From Botryllus schlosseri (taxonomy: Eukaryota), in NCBI GenBank assembly GCA_051294905.1, contig CM119372.1:24058001-24122000 (forward strand): a stretch of 64,000 nt of DNA, read 5' to 3'. The position numbers were made by a program, and so were the translations under genes. Of this stretch, positions 50,601-63,701 are shown piece by piece. The stretch's first letter is position 1. Each line of letters opens with the position of its first letter. The notes under the pieces were generated by a model. It had not been told where the DNA came from. It searched no databases and saw only the letters and a program-made list of their open reading frames with translations.

Positions 50601-53418
50601 GAAAAATTTTCAAACACAAACTCTCGAAATACCTCGTCAAAAATGATATCTTTATGCTGCTTCATGCTGATCCTGATTTTGGGGCATGTCACATTCATTT
50701 TCGCTGCGGCTTCTTTATCGCAGCAGGAAGAAGGGACGTAACCCATATTAGACTTGTTCCAGGCGTTGAAATGGTCCCAGTCTGTGTAGTTGGCCCATCC
50801 GCAACAGTGCAACTTTAAAACAAGTAGCATTGAAAGGAAATATAACGTAACACTGCCACTCTGATGGAAATACCTCTCCTAGGAAAGATGTTATGTCTAC
50901 CACCTTCTATGACCAGTGGTAGTTTTTGACCGCTTTAGCTCAGCAGTGTGTATTGCAAGTGTGAAATCTTTTCCACAACCGAGCCAAATGTAAAAACTCT
51001 GTGAGACTGCAGGCAGCACATGCGGTTTCTAGTCACAAGGAACACGTTCTCAATTAGAAAAGTCAATGGTGAAACTACTTAATAAAACTGGATACCGTAT
51101 GGGACTACTCATCCCGACAATCGGTAATGCTGAAAGCAAAAACCCATGAAGATCAAAAAAGAACTCGGACGGGTTATACCGCATAAATTTTCATCAAAAT
51201 AGTCGTGTGTAATGTGATCATATGAATTAGTTTGGTGAATTTAGCATTACTTTGGCCAGGCAGCACATATGAGCTTTGCCAAAACGTTGCAGGCCAAGTT
51301 TATGAAACACCAATTTCTCAGGCCGCACGTTACACACACCTTTAGTTGCATGACGCCAGACAGACTCAAGACTTACGAGCGAATGCAAAAATATAGCATC
51401 AAATGAACGGAGGATCCACAAAAGTCCGGCAAGTGGCATTCTAACATAGCCTATATGAAAGATTAGAAAACCAGTTACCAGGCATGATAAAGTTTATCAT
51501 AAATCTGCAGCGAAAATGAAGAGTATCGGAATGAGATTACACTGCAGCATTAGATTTACTTACACCAGATTGAATGTTGTCTATGAAGCTATTATTGGTA
51601 TCGGTGGATGGTGCTAATGTTGTCATGATAGCCGTCGTCATTGGCACAGTGGTCGTTCCATTGTTACTAAGGGAGGGTGCAGTTGTTTGAGCTTTGACGG
51701 AGAGCTTGCTTGAAAATCCATCGGTACTGTTGTAACTGTAGAAAAAGATTTTATTGGTTATAGACAGCTTCGAACAAAAAAAAACGCAACATAGTTAACT
51801 AATTATAAACGCGATTTAGAGATCTGGGGCCGTAAACCTAAATGCATGGATTCCAGTAAATAGAAAGCACACGTCTAAAATTATTCATAATTGAGTATCA
51901 GCCATATAACATGGAGGGGAGGCACAGTCTACATTGTACAGTTGCTCACAACACAAAAGACCCTTCTATTTCAGTGTTCCTGCTAGTTCAAGACCGGCAG
52001 AATTACATAGGTAGATTTCCGTGCTGGGGTAAATAATTTCATGGCGTCATGCTGCTTCAATAGGAAATACCCATCATTAAGTTTCTACTTTGTACAAACA
52101 TGTGCACGTGTACAATATATTTGATCATGCAGGATCATATCAGTGAAATGAACCGCGTGCAACATTGTCTTTAACAGTTGAAAATACGATCAGCCTATGC
52201 TGAGGACAGTAGTATTCACCTGTTGAATTGATCCAATACACTGTCTTTGGCAGTATCGGTGTAATTTTGCTTGTTCTTGAACACTGTGATGCTGGTGTAC
52301 ATTAACAAGCCCAATGCAAGTAGACAAAATATCAGAAACTGAAAGGCAAGTACAATGATATCAACTGATGGATGAAATAGGCCTACATAAATGAAGGTTG
52401 CAAGTGTAATTGTGCGACATAACATACTTGGACCGATATGACATATTTTTTCAATTTTGTGCAAACTAAGAATATGAAATGCAGACTTTTGGTCAGTTGT
52501 TTTGTGTGAAAAGGTCTCCCCTACCAGTTACCATTAGACGAAATCCAGATAGTATAGTTACTTTACTATTCTTCGAAATAATAATGAAATGTCGGTCTAG
52601 GCCGTCCGAGTCTAGAGTCATGCACAATGACTCGAGTCAATACACAAATTGACTCTAGTCATTACAACCCAGCTGCCAAATACCTTGGTGTTTTACTAGA
52701 TTCAGACCAGAGTTGAATTGGTGGCGACGTCACACATAATTTTCTGTTCAATTACTTAATTATTCTATGCAGAAAAGCTCTCATCACGCAGGATTTATTT
52801 CAAAAAATGAACCTAGATTCCGTAGAGGGATTCGGACATGTCTTGGGAAGAGTCACGTACAGTCACTATGAGACCACAATTATCGAAGGTATGTGGTCTG
52901 TTCCGCTGGGATTTGAACCCACGACCAACCATGGTCAGTGCAAAATCTCTTAACTACGGGGAATGTACAGCTTTCGTCGCAAAAATGTAAATCAGTTCAT
53001 ATTTTGAAAAACCAATAATGTTTCTGTTGCATGGAACCGAGGATCTCGACTAGACTATGCAATATTGGGGAGGGAATTGCTACAGTATAGGCCTACTAAC
53101 CGTCCAAATTAGTCCCTTCTTTTCCGTGCAAGCACCGCAAATGCCGATTAGGCCAATGACAAAGAGGAGGACTCCAATAACGATTGCAACATAGCCCGGA
53201 GCACCGGAGACATCGTCAGTGACGCCATTACCTTCAACAAAATATGCGGTACCAGCAAACAGCATCAACGCCGCTCCAATCTGCAACAAGCATGTGGGGT
53301 TTAAAGGGAGAAGTACAGGTACACTAATATGAACTTGTGAAGTGATATATTCACTTACCCATATGAAGAGGTTGATAAAAATGATCACGCATTTCGATAA
53401 ACACGAAGATGCTCCCAT
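47602..53418 (-). CDS. Tetraspanin (CD63-like, 6-Cys large extracellular loop), 292 aa
   Basis: Exons 53418-53359, 53280-53101, 52338-52220, 51735-51564, 50812-50633, 49194-49111, 47685-47602 (879 nt, phases consistent). Four TM segments, GLIGICGACTE, CCG, PSSCC, a single C and GC before TM4. The C-tail ends in a YxxPhi motif (DYSSIVA). AATAAA on the minus strand at 47079-47084. Confidence 0.93.
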
Positions 53419-53798
53419 GTTACGAGATATAAGAAAATTGGGACTGAAAATACGATCCTAAAGAAATTTCATAGAATACACGAGCAATGACATGAGCAAT
53501 ATGAGCGAGCATGCAAATAATATCAGCAACTGAAGATTGTAACATATGTCAGACAAGACAACTCCTACACCCCAAGCTCCATGGTGACCTAGTCACACCA
53601 GTAACGCGGCAAAAATGAATGTAACGGAGTCCCACTGAATAACAATTACCCTTGCTGGCGAAGGCAATAACTATAAAATAATAGGCTCTCAGATTATGAT
53701 TTTGAGTAGTTGGGTCATATGACCGGATGCAGACGAGAGTCATGTGACTGTTTGTAACCGAGACTACTTGGAGAGTTGTTATGGTCTATCTAGCGCCA

Positions 53799-53813
53799 GC
53801 GCCATCTACCGCC
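53799..53813 (-). promoter_or_regulatory. CTCF-like motif upstream of the tetraspanin
   Basis: Minus-strand ggcggtagatggcgc carries the AGATGGCGC core. Motif resemblance only. Confidence 0.25.
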
Positions 53814-55389
53814 AGTAAATCTTTTTTCAGCTGGTTGACAACTTGTGCAGTAGCCATGAAGAATGAGTTTGATATACCGCTGACAGCATCTATAATATTG
53901 AAACTGTTGAGAGAGAAGTCAGGGTGTTGATGCAGTTAATCCACTGAAATATGTATAAGTTTATATAGCAGTCCTCTTCAGTTTATGAGGAATTTTTATC
54001 ATTTCAAAACACCAAAAGAGTGCGATAGAATGAAAAAATAGGAAACGACTTGGAGTAGTCTTTGAAAGCAGGCCCCGGCAGAGCAAATACCTTCTCTTGA
54101 TGATGCAGTTGGTATGTATATATATAGCTCAGTGGTATAACCGCAGACGATACCGACCGAACGGCAACATGTATTTGGCCTACCTATAGGTAGGTATATC
54201 CTGTAGTGCCTTATTCTTTAGTATCCTTCCTACCTGTTAAAAAATAGTAATGAGATATGAAATTATAAGTAGCCAACTAGATAAAAACCCTTTTAGGGTT
54301 ATATGTTTGTATATCTGACTTAGGTCAGTGCCTCGTCGCCAACCGTTAACCACACCGCTCGTCACCGAATGGTGAATACTGTAGCTAATATATCTATTGG
54401 CCGACGTGGATATGTTAGATTGATAGACCGTTCTTGATAGCCTCGGCAATCTGTCATCTTCTGCTTACGTCGCATTGTGTCTTCTGTACACCGCATTGTA
54501 CGGCGAGTGTCCGAGTAGATGAAAATCATGGAAACGCTGATCATGATTAACGATGCCTGTAGTTCCAGTCGCTGATGGCCTCCTCTTTACATCGCTTTGG
54601 CCAAGGATGGGTGTCTGATTCCATAGACTTCTCCAGGTCGCTTCCAATCTTTTCATTGTGTCGCATTTTTGTGGCGTATTGAACTGATAAAAATTGCTTA
54701 TAAACCAATTATAATGATAATCGGATCGCGCGGAAAATTATCTCGAACTTAGCAATATAAGCGCATCGGGAGCGTTCCTCACTTGTGAACTCGCTATAGA
54801 AAAGCACAGTTACCGACAAGATTTTAGAATTGCTTACAAACGACAAAAGTTACAGACTCACTGCACTTAATCCTATTTCAAGTATATTTGAAAGGTTCTT
54901 TTCTATACTTTCGCAACTTGACCAACCTGTTAAGTCAGTGGTTCCCAACATTTTTGTCTTCATTCCCCACTTCAGATTTATTCCGAGCCTCCCCACCAGG
55001 ACCGTAACAGCACTTTGTTAGCGCCGTCAAAAAAAACGTTGGCATTGGGCCCTCAGAACCCCCTCAGCCCCGCTGAGCCTGTACGCTTTTCCCCTACAAC
55101 TTATCGGCTACATTGGTTCTACTGTTTAGAGCGTCGCCCTATTTCAAGTAAACGCGCGAAGCGCGAAAAATTTATAATATAGGCTAATTCGTGTTTGAAT
55201 CGGCAAATATGATCGGGAATTGCATATATTTTGCTATCAATTTTTTACCCCCTCTCTGCTTACGTAATCAGATTTACCGGTACAGCTGAGTGAGGTGTGT
55301 TGGAAAAGGTAGGACCCCTAAATAAGGATTGAACATCTTCGGGCGGACCCGTTGGTATATTGACTTCGTTATTCGTTATAGCAATATTA

Positions 55390-57237
55390 CTATTTAATAA
55401 ATACAGTCCATCCTCAAGATTACCGGACCACAACTGACCTATCGATCTCGCTTCCCATGACATGCCGCCCTATTCTTGTCGCTTTCTTTTTCTATACCAG
55501 AGGTCTCAAACTCAAATGTGCTCGCGAGCCATTTTCTTAGTTTTGATGACGCCGCGGGCCGCACCACCAATAGGGATATTCAACGCAGAATTTCCAAGTA
55601 GGCCTTATTTGACGGGAGCTTGAAGACGGGCATTCCAGAAACATTGTGAATATGTAATTTACTATTGTACTATTCACGCTTGACACGAAAAAAAATCATA
55701 TTTTCAAATATTTGAATAAAATTGATTTTATGCCGGGCATCATTTGTTCAAATAATGAGTTATAGACATCATGCGAGAGCATCAGAGCATGCATCATGAT
55801 TCATGACATCGTCAAACTGTCAGGTTATAATATTGCAGCTAGTGGACCTTTGACGTGCCACAATTTTATGTATAATATTATAAAATCTTATACTGAAGAT
55901 TGATCTGATATCAGAGCATTTGAGCGGTGTAGCCTAATCCGGGTTATGATATAGTCGTGATAAGTAGGCTATTGTTACTATGTCATTGCTAAAGTCAAAT
56001 TAAATCAGCGTCAGATTTTGCCTTCGAATATCATTGGACCATATCAATAACAACTTGAATATCATCATTATTGAGCCGTAGTAATAGCATTGTTTCTTAA
56101 CCTTAGCGATCGTACCCCTCGTGCTTCCAATAAGATTTCTCGTAGCCCCTGTTCATTTTACACTCAATTTCTGATTGTACCTATATTAAATTTAGAAAGC
56201 CCATATACAAGTAAAATCGCACCTAGCGCGAAGACCATTTTCCAGTTGCGTAAATTGGTCAAGAAAATATTCCCCAGCATATAGGCCTAATTCCACAATG
56301 CATCTCGTACCCCATGATGTGGTGCTCCGCGAAGGGGTCTACGGACCCTGGTTAAGAATAGAAATGTCCAATCGCGGTACTACTACCTTACTCGCCACCG
56401 ATAATAACATGGATAAAGAGACTAGACATTTGAGTAGACAACACCTATAGCATGTAACCAACTATACGTCACGGGGGTCACATAATGCCAATGGTTGCCA
56501 TACTGACATGATTAGATAGCTATATATACCTTACGCAACGCAAGCTACCACCTTTTGATACATTACTATTCCCCATGACAGTTTCATAGATTGTTACGTC
56601 CGTAGGATTTCCAAGTCACCGTTCCGCGTCGTAAGTCCTTCTTTGATTTTAACGTTTGACTCGATCGACTCAACTCGAGTCATTTTCATTCAATCGCCCA
56701 GCCAATCCGAAATCGAGTAATTTTACGAAAGATCGCACAAAACCAAATCACAATATTTTCAGTCACGAATCATCAACTTCAACGGGTCATGTTTTATCAT
56801 CATGAACTAGAAATGGGACGTAATAGCTGATCTTATACCGCATGGTAGCTTTTAAAAGTGATGTGATAGTGTAGTTTGCTGAGATTTCAGTGTTTTTGTA
56901 GCAATTTTAGCGTGAACGTCAAGTTCTTATATCTAAAAAAATATATGTGGCACTGAAATAATTGTTGAATACTTGAAATTCAAAAATTCCGTCGCGGGCC
57001 GCACAAAATTCTCTCGCGGGCCGCATGCGGCCCGCGTGTTTGAGACCTCTGTTCTATACTGTCTTCTTTACTTTCATTCAGTGTGCATGCCTCGTCTTTA
57101 CATCGCCTAGGCCAAGGAGGGTGTCTGATTCCATAGACAAATCCAAGTCGCTTCGACATCTTCCTGTCTATTCATTGTATCGCATTTTTTGTGGTGTGTT
57201 GAACTGATAAAATTGCTAATAAACCAATGATGATGAA
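55390..57237 (+). mobile_element. Short retroposon-like insert with aataaa and (atg)n tail (third shell)
   Basis: About 300 bp once the nested element is removed, flanked by aatatta. Family fragments occur at ~16600-16720, 30540-30670, 35390-35490, 41870-41920, 53995-54063 and 54590-54720. Confidence 0.55.
55498..57051. mobile_element. cagaggtctcaaac-family hAT element (fourth shell) containing an inner MITE at ~56078-56360
   Basis: Perfect TIRs and perfect 8-bp TSD ttctatac. Confidence 0.92.
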
Positions 57238-58822
57238 ATATTATGCTACTACCCGTGACGGCGTGACCTATGTCAAAAGATATGGAAATCGCCAAAACTA
57301 AAAGGTACACACGCTTTCAAATTGGTATTGCTTTACTGGCAAATAATTTTTCCCTGCGGGATGGCATTTGTCCTGTGGGGCTCACATCGCCAGGACAGGA
57401 ACATTCGGCGCCAGCCATTTAGCCAATTGAACATATATGTATATTGTATATATATCGAAGGTATGGGTCACGACAAGGGCATTCCTTCTCGGCTAAGGTC
57501 TTCTCGCTGCTGATCGTTCTGGCACACTGCTCGGAGTTGCATGTTACATAGCCTATAACTTCATATGCCTTGGTGCGTCGTGGCGCAGTAATAGCCGAAG
57601 TCTCCATTTCTATAAATTCTACGTATTTTGTGGGGAAATGGTACCCAATAATTAGATAATTGGCAATATTAAATCGCGCAACAAGCGCGAAATTTGTTTG
57701 AAAAAGTAGCATAAATTTTAAAAGATACTTTAATTTATGTTAATTCACGAAATAAATCTGGGCTCTTCGAGCTCGCCCCCCCCCCCAATTGAGGGGTTTG
57801 GGGTGCGGCAGTTACGGTCCTGTTCCCCACTACCCAGCACTTTTGTCATCAAAGAGCAGCTATTTGCTGGTTTGACTACACAAGACACACAACCACACCA
57901 GTACGCAAGACAATCGCCTATAACTGCAACATAAAACGTATTGTGAACCGATACCATCCAGTAACGCTGAAAGTTTCGCGAAAGCGTTATTTCACGTCAA
58001 ACTAGTCGTGCTGGATGCGTTTGTGACGCCATGATTGATGGCCATCCAGATTTAAAATGAGGTTTTGTGGACAACACAGCAATATAATTTTCGTTACATA
58101 CATTCCAGAGCAGTTAACTGGTAACGGTAATTGCGCATGTGTCTCCGTGAATATGTACACTGTCCTATGTATAATTTTGAACAAATGCGTCTATTCCCCA
58201 CCAGAAACCATTGAATTCCCCACCAGTGGGGAATTCCCCCCCGTTTGGGAACCACCGTCTTAAGTGATACTCTATTTTTGATGTGTGGAAATGTTGCGGG
58301 TCAGATAAACTTCATGGTGTTGACGAACTTATGCGTATATGGTGGACATCAACCACCATCACTAACGAGTCCGGCTATGCTATCGATTAGCGATCTCCCG
58401 TGAATACATATTCATATGAACTTTTATTATAACGAATCAGGTGATTTCAATGACACCATTTCGCATACGAATGAATAACCCTATACGAGGGAGATCGCGT
58501 GCCGCTTTCCAATCGATTCTCGCTAATTGGAGGCGCCGATAATACGAATAGCAAATGAGGGAAGAAATATTAGAGACACGATCGGCATTTCATACAGACG
58601 TTTAATAAACGAGGTTAATAATGTAAAGAATTTGTTTTCCAAGTGAGTCTATTCCCAGCCAGAAGCCCCTAAATTCCCTACCGGTTGGAAACCACTGCAT
58701 TAGAATATATCTGCAAGTATAATTTTACATCACTACAATCATTTTGCGACATATGATCAAATGTCTATCTTACCAACCAATCTGTGGGTCACACTCATTA
58801 GCCAATACATCAGATTTTATGA

Positions 58823-60495
58823 CAGAGGTCTCAAACACGCGGCCCGCGAGAGCATTTTGTGCGGCCCGCGACGGCATTAATACTATAAAAATTACTGAAA
58901 TCTCAACAAACTTCACTATCACATCACTTTTAAAGCTACCATGCGGCAGAAGATCAGCTAATACGTCACATTTCTAGTTCACGATGATAAAACATTACCC
59001 GTTGATGATTCGTTACTGAAAATTGTGATTTGGTTTGGTGCGACCTTCTCGTAAAATTACTCGACTTCGGATTGACTGCGTGATTGAATAAAAATGACTC
59101 GAATTGAGCCGAGTCAAACGTTAAAATCAGAAAAGGACTTGCAACCCGGAACGGTGACTTGGTAATCCTACGAACGTAACAATCTATGAGACTGTCATAG
59201 GGATTAGTATTATATCAAAAGGTCGTAGCTTGCGTTGCGTAGAGTACAAACAAACAGCTATCTAATCAGGTCAGTGTTGCAACCATTGGCAGTCTGTGCC
59301 CCCCGTGACGTATAGTTGGTTACATGCTGGGTGTTGTTTGTTCTCTTGATCCATGTTATTATCGGTGGCGACTGGCGAGTAAGGTATTAGTAGGCTCTAC
59401 AGCTGTAACATCAATGAAATCTTCGCCGATTAAACACTTCTATTCCAGGTGTTCTTAACCAGGGTCCGTAGACCCCATCGTGGTAAGCACCACCACATCA
59501 GGGTGTACGAGATGCATTGCGGAATTATAGGCCTATATGCTGTGGATTATTTTCTTGTCAGTTATTCAACTCGAAAATAGTCTTCGCGCTAGGCGCGATT
59601 TTATGTGAATGAGCTTTCTGATTGATTTTAATATATGCACCATCAAAAATTGTGTTGAAGATGGACAGGGGCCAAGAGAAACCTTATTGGAAGCACAAGG
59701 GGTACGATCGCTAAAAAGGTTGAGAAGCAATGTTATTATTACTATGGCTCAATAATGATTATATTTAAGTTGTTACGGATATGCTCCAATAATATCGACG
59801 GCAGAATCGATCGCTGATTCAATTTGACTTTGGCAATGACAGGAACAATAGCCGATACTGATCACGACTGTGTCAAAACCAGGATTAGGCTACACCGCTC
59901 AAATATCAGAACAATCTTCAGTAGATTTTAAAATATTCTACATAAAATTCTGGCACGTCAAAGGTCCACTGGCTGCAACATTATAACCTGACAGTTTTAC
60001 GATGTCAAGATCAATGTTACCTCTAAGCTGCGCACGTGTGCAGACGCGCAGTGCTGACACGGTCTCTGCGCACAGAAAATCTAAGTTGCGCACAAATAAT
60101 CCGAAGTGATGACCTTTTTTTTTAGTCGTTACGCAGTTGTCCAAGGGTCTGCGCAGTGAGTTTGCGCAGTCTCGTCAAAAATTAAAGCGAACATTGGTCA
60201 TGATGCATCCTCTCACATGATGTCTATAAGTCATTAATTAAAAAAATTATGCCCGGCACAAGAACAATTTTATTAAAATATCTGAAAATATGATTTTTTT
60301 TCGTTTCAAGCGTGAATAGTACAACAGTAAATTACGATACCACGATGTTTGTGGAGTGCATGTCTGCAAGGTCCCGTCAAAAAAGGCCTACTTGGAAATT
60401 ATACATTGAATTTCCCTATTATTGATGCTGCGGCCCGCAGCGTCATCAAAAACTAGGAAATTGGCCCGCGATCACATTTGAGTTTGAGACCTCTG
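58823..60495. mobile_element. cagaggtctcaaac-family hAT element, inverted relative to 55498-57051
   Basis: Perfect TIRs and perfect TSD ttttatga. It has the same inner MITE (~59446-59733) plus a private insertion at 60012-60196 (TSD gtcaagat/gtcatgat). Confidence 0.92.
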
Positions 60496-61405
60496 TTTTA
60501 TGAAGTTACAAAGCGTGTTGTAGGCCGGCATATCGTAACGTCGCTCCAATACAAGCTGCATATTTTTGAATTAGAATGATGGTTCTGTCAAATAGATATT
60601 GCGTGATGATCCTTCTCCCAGAGAGCAGAAAATTATTTCCAAGCTCAAGAATTAATAAAATATTCATGTAACTTCTACATTATCAGAGTCTACAATTTTA
60701 AACCTCCATTGGTTATTTACGTAGTGGAAGTTCAGATAAGCGAAATGCAATTGTAACGCGACAGCGGTCGAATATCGTTCATTTTCATATTTAAATTGGA
60801 ATAATTATCATTAATATTATTTTCATTCTTATGTGCGTCACGAAACAAATAGATGTCGACCGGAATGGGTGAGTCATGAATCAGAATTTGAGATATGAAC
60901 ATAGACAGCGAGTGATTTTCTGTGGTATGTAATCAATCAGAATTGTCAAATCGAAAGTAGTATTATTGTCATGGTTCTGGCAAAACTGTCAAAGTCAGGA
61001 AACACGTTCCATACCATGCCTTGACCATACTTTGAAAACTTCCGTACCATACTTGCACATTTCCATATTCCATATCGAAATTTCGTTTGATACCATGCCC
61101 TGGTCCAAAGGACCGCGCAGTGAGTCGGAGAGTACGCGCAGACTCATGAAAAATTAGAGGGAACATTGTATCAAAAAAAGACAATATCGCTGAATTGGAC
61201 AAGTTATCAGATGCAGGAAATGTACATTGATGTCCTCCAACTATATTTTTGTTAAGTTATTTTTGAAATTTTAATTCTTCAGATTGCAACTGCTTGGCAA
61301 CACAACTGCTCTAGCAAGCTTCCATTTGAGAAGCCCATTAGGGTCTATAATTCAGCATCTGAAGCGTGGGTATTGAAGTGCACCTTGATTGTTATCAACT
61401 GCGAG

Positions 61406-61887
61406 TGGGGTCGTTCAAAAATAACTTTTTTTTTTCGATCCCGGGGATTCACTGATCAAATTTTTACGTTGCCTAAAAACGCTGCACATCGAATTTGGCT
61501 AAGTCCTACCTGTAGAAGCCGACACGGAGCCAATTGCAAACCTCATGAAATTGAGTTGTCTACGAAATCGATGCAAAATAAATTTGACGCAATTCCAACC
61601 CATAGAAGAGAAGTTTTTCATTAATAGTTCTGGGTTTTCCCACCGTCAACGCTATTTCAGCAAATTTAAAACTTTCAGCTGCAATAATTTTGCTTCAACC
61701 GGTTGGAATTGAGCGAAAATTGTTATGCATCGTTTTTTTTAGGCAACTCATTATATTTTTCACAAAAATTTCAATTGCGTTGGCTTCTACTAGCTGGAAT
61801 AGAGCCAAATTTGGTGTGCAGAGTATTTTTAGGAAACCTAACAATGTAATCAGTGAATCCAAAAAAAAGTCAATTGAACAACCCTAA
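61406..61887. mobile_element. hAT-type MITE (tagggttgttca-like ends)
   Basis: Ends tggggtcgttcaa and ttgaacaacccta. A related fragment lies at 16748-17000. Confidence 0.55.
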
Positions 61888-62482
61888 CTGACAGGCATCG
61901 CAATAGCCAAGGTGTCATGCCCCCACCAAATTTTGCTTGAATTTTTGTAAAGTAACATATTAAATGGAGTAAACAAATTTAATCAACTTGAAATTTTTCT
62001 CATCACAAGTCAGTTTCAATACAATTCATTGCTCAAAAAGTAAATACAGACATAATGGAGTCATGCGGTGTTGCGATGGCGAACCGCAGGCAAAATCAGG
62101 GTCAGGAACTGTGTATGTGTATCCGCCTTTAGCAGTAGCCCGTATCAAGTGTGTTTAGGCAGCGGTTCACCCAGCGGCTCGCCTATATGGATTTTTGGGA
62201 CGGAGTTTGAAAATGAGGAGGTTGTTACAGATTACGCGGTCATGTTTATAGCATTATTCCAGTACACTGAGTGAATTTAACAAACCAAGGCACTTTGCCT
62301 TTGGCGTCGTCAATTGTAATCAATAAAACTGTGACCACGTTGCGTTGCAGTTACCGGGTGCATAATGGCCAGGATTGCACAAACTCGTACTGAACTGTCC
62401 ATGTTGTGCGTCTCTTAATCAGCATGACAAAATATGATTGCACCTGAGAAAGAATCAAGTTATACAGACTCGAGTCGAGTCA

Positions 62483-63018
62483 CTATAACCCTGGTTCAAT
62501 CTTGATTGTTCGACTGTCTTTCTTATTGGCGCATTCCCCGCTCTTCTCATTTGCTTCTTCGCATTCATCCTTCATCGGGCTTTTATTTGTGAAGACACCG
62601 TAAGAACAGCGACGAAGGGGAGGAAAAGTCCAGATATATCTCTGACTCCCTGCCTTGCATTTGCTCTTCAGCGCGTCTTTCTTTGGGCTATCTTTTGTTA
62701 AGACGATGTCAGAACCGTCATATGAAGAAGTAAAAGTCCAGGTAGACGGCCGACGCAAATAACTGACTCCGACCTGACACCCGAAGCTTTTCATCTCTAC
62801 ATCTTGAAAGGTACAGATATTACAATATAATCAGCGATCATCGATAATATCCTCTTACTTTCGCTTCTGATGTAACGTGAAGGCTTCCCAACTTGAACAG
62901 CTTTATCATCGAATGATTTTGGGTCCGAAAACTGTTGTTCCTCTGACGTTAGGAATTGTTCTTCACTTTGTATTTCACGGTTTGGTCTTCCCTCATAACT
63001 GGTTTTCGAAGATACATC
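62483..63018 (-). CDS. Possible 3' exons of an unidentified gene that continues beyond the window
   Basis: An open exon at 63018-62859 (tttag acceptor, gtaag donor) joins in frame across a 56-bp intron to the ORF running 62802-62483. The product is not recognised, and the distal part overlaps a SINE remnant. Confidence 0.35.
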
Positions 63019-63464
63019 CTAAACCGATATAGTGCTAGTAATTATACAATCGGAGGTGATCGGCAACCAATGCCTTTGCTTTGCTACGGTGCCAGAAGTA
63101 ATGTCCCAATATTAGCTGTCCAGGGGAGCGGCAGCTCAAAAAGCTGGAGAAACACTGATTTAGAACATGTAGAGAGTGAGCCAAGCAATGCAGTTCTGCA
63201 TACACTTCGATTGAAGAGATCATCTCAATTTTTCATGTATTTTCACCAGTGATATGTCAAAAGTATATGAGAGTAGGCCTGAAGAACCAGATGTCACAAT
63301 CAGAGTTGGATCAATATTAATTTGTAATTGAGCATTTTTTCATGTAATTCTAATTGAAGCATTTCTATTTTGTGTAATTGCAATTGTAATTTGATAAAAA
63401 TTTTGCTCAATTACAATTTCAATTGCACTGTTATAGAAACCTGACCATCACAAGATAAAATTAT

Positions 63465-63575
63465 CAATCAATCATTTATTCGTCACACACTCACACAAGT
63501 AAAAATCCGGTACGGACCAGGATGACGACGAAGGGCCGCAACCCGCAAGGCCTTAGTACACAGTCGCCACCTGTA
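63465..63575 (-). mobile_element. LINE 3' end
   Basis: Minus-strand stem-loop ggccttgcgggttgcggcc, then aataaa and a (tgat)n tail. Confidence 0.55.
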
Positions 63576-63701
63576 ATAGTTAGCCTATTTACATCGGGTT
63601 CTACGCGTGCCGCGTTATAACTAGATAATTCAGCCATGCTAAACTGTTTCCCATACTTCAGTAGCAACAGAAAACTTTGTGAATTACAATATAGGCTAAA
63701 C

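Larger units (their letters stand above)
54997..57822. mobile_element. CAGGACCGTAAC-family hAT element (second shell)
   Basis: Ends caggaccgtaac and gttacggtcctg. TSD ctccccac/ttccccac. Homologous to 20582-24338 in the opposite orientation. Confidence 0.85.
54936..58257. mobile_element. hAT MITE, outermost shell of a nested cluster
   Basis: Ends cagtggttcccaac and tttgggaaccaccg. TSD tgttaagt/tcttaagt. Confidence 0.8.
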
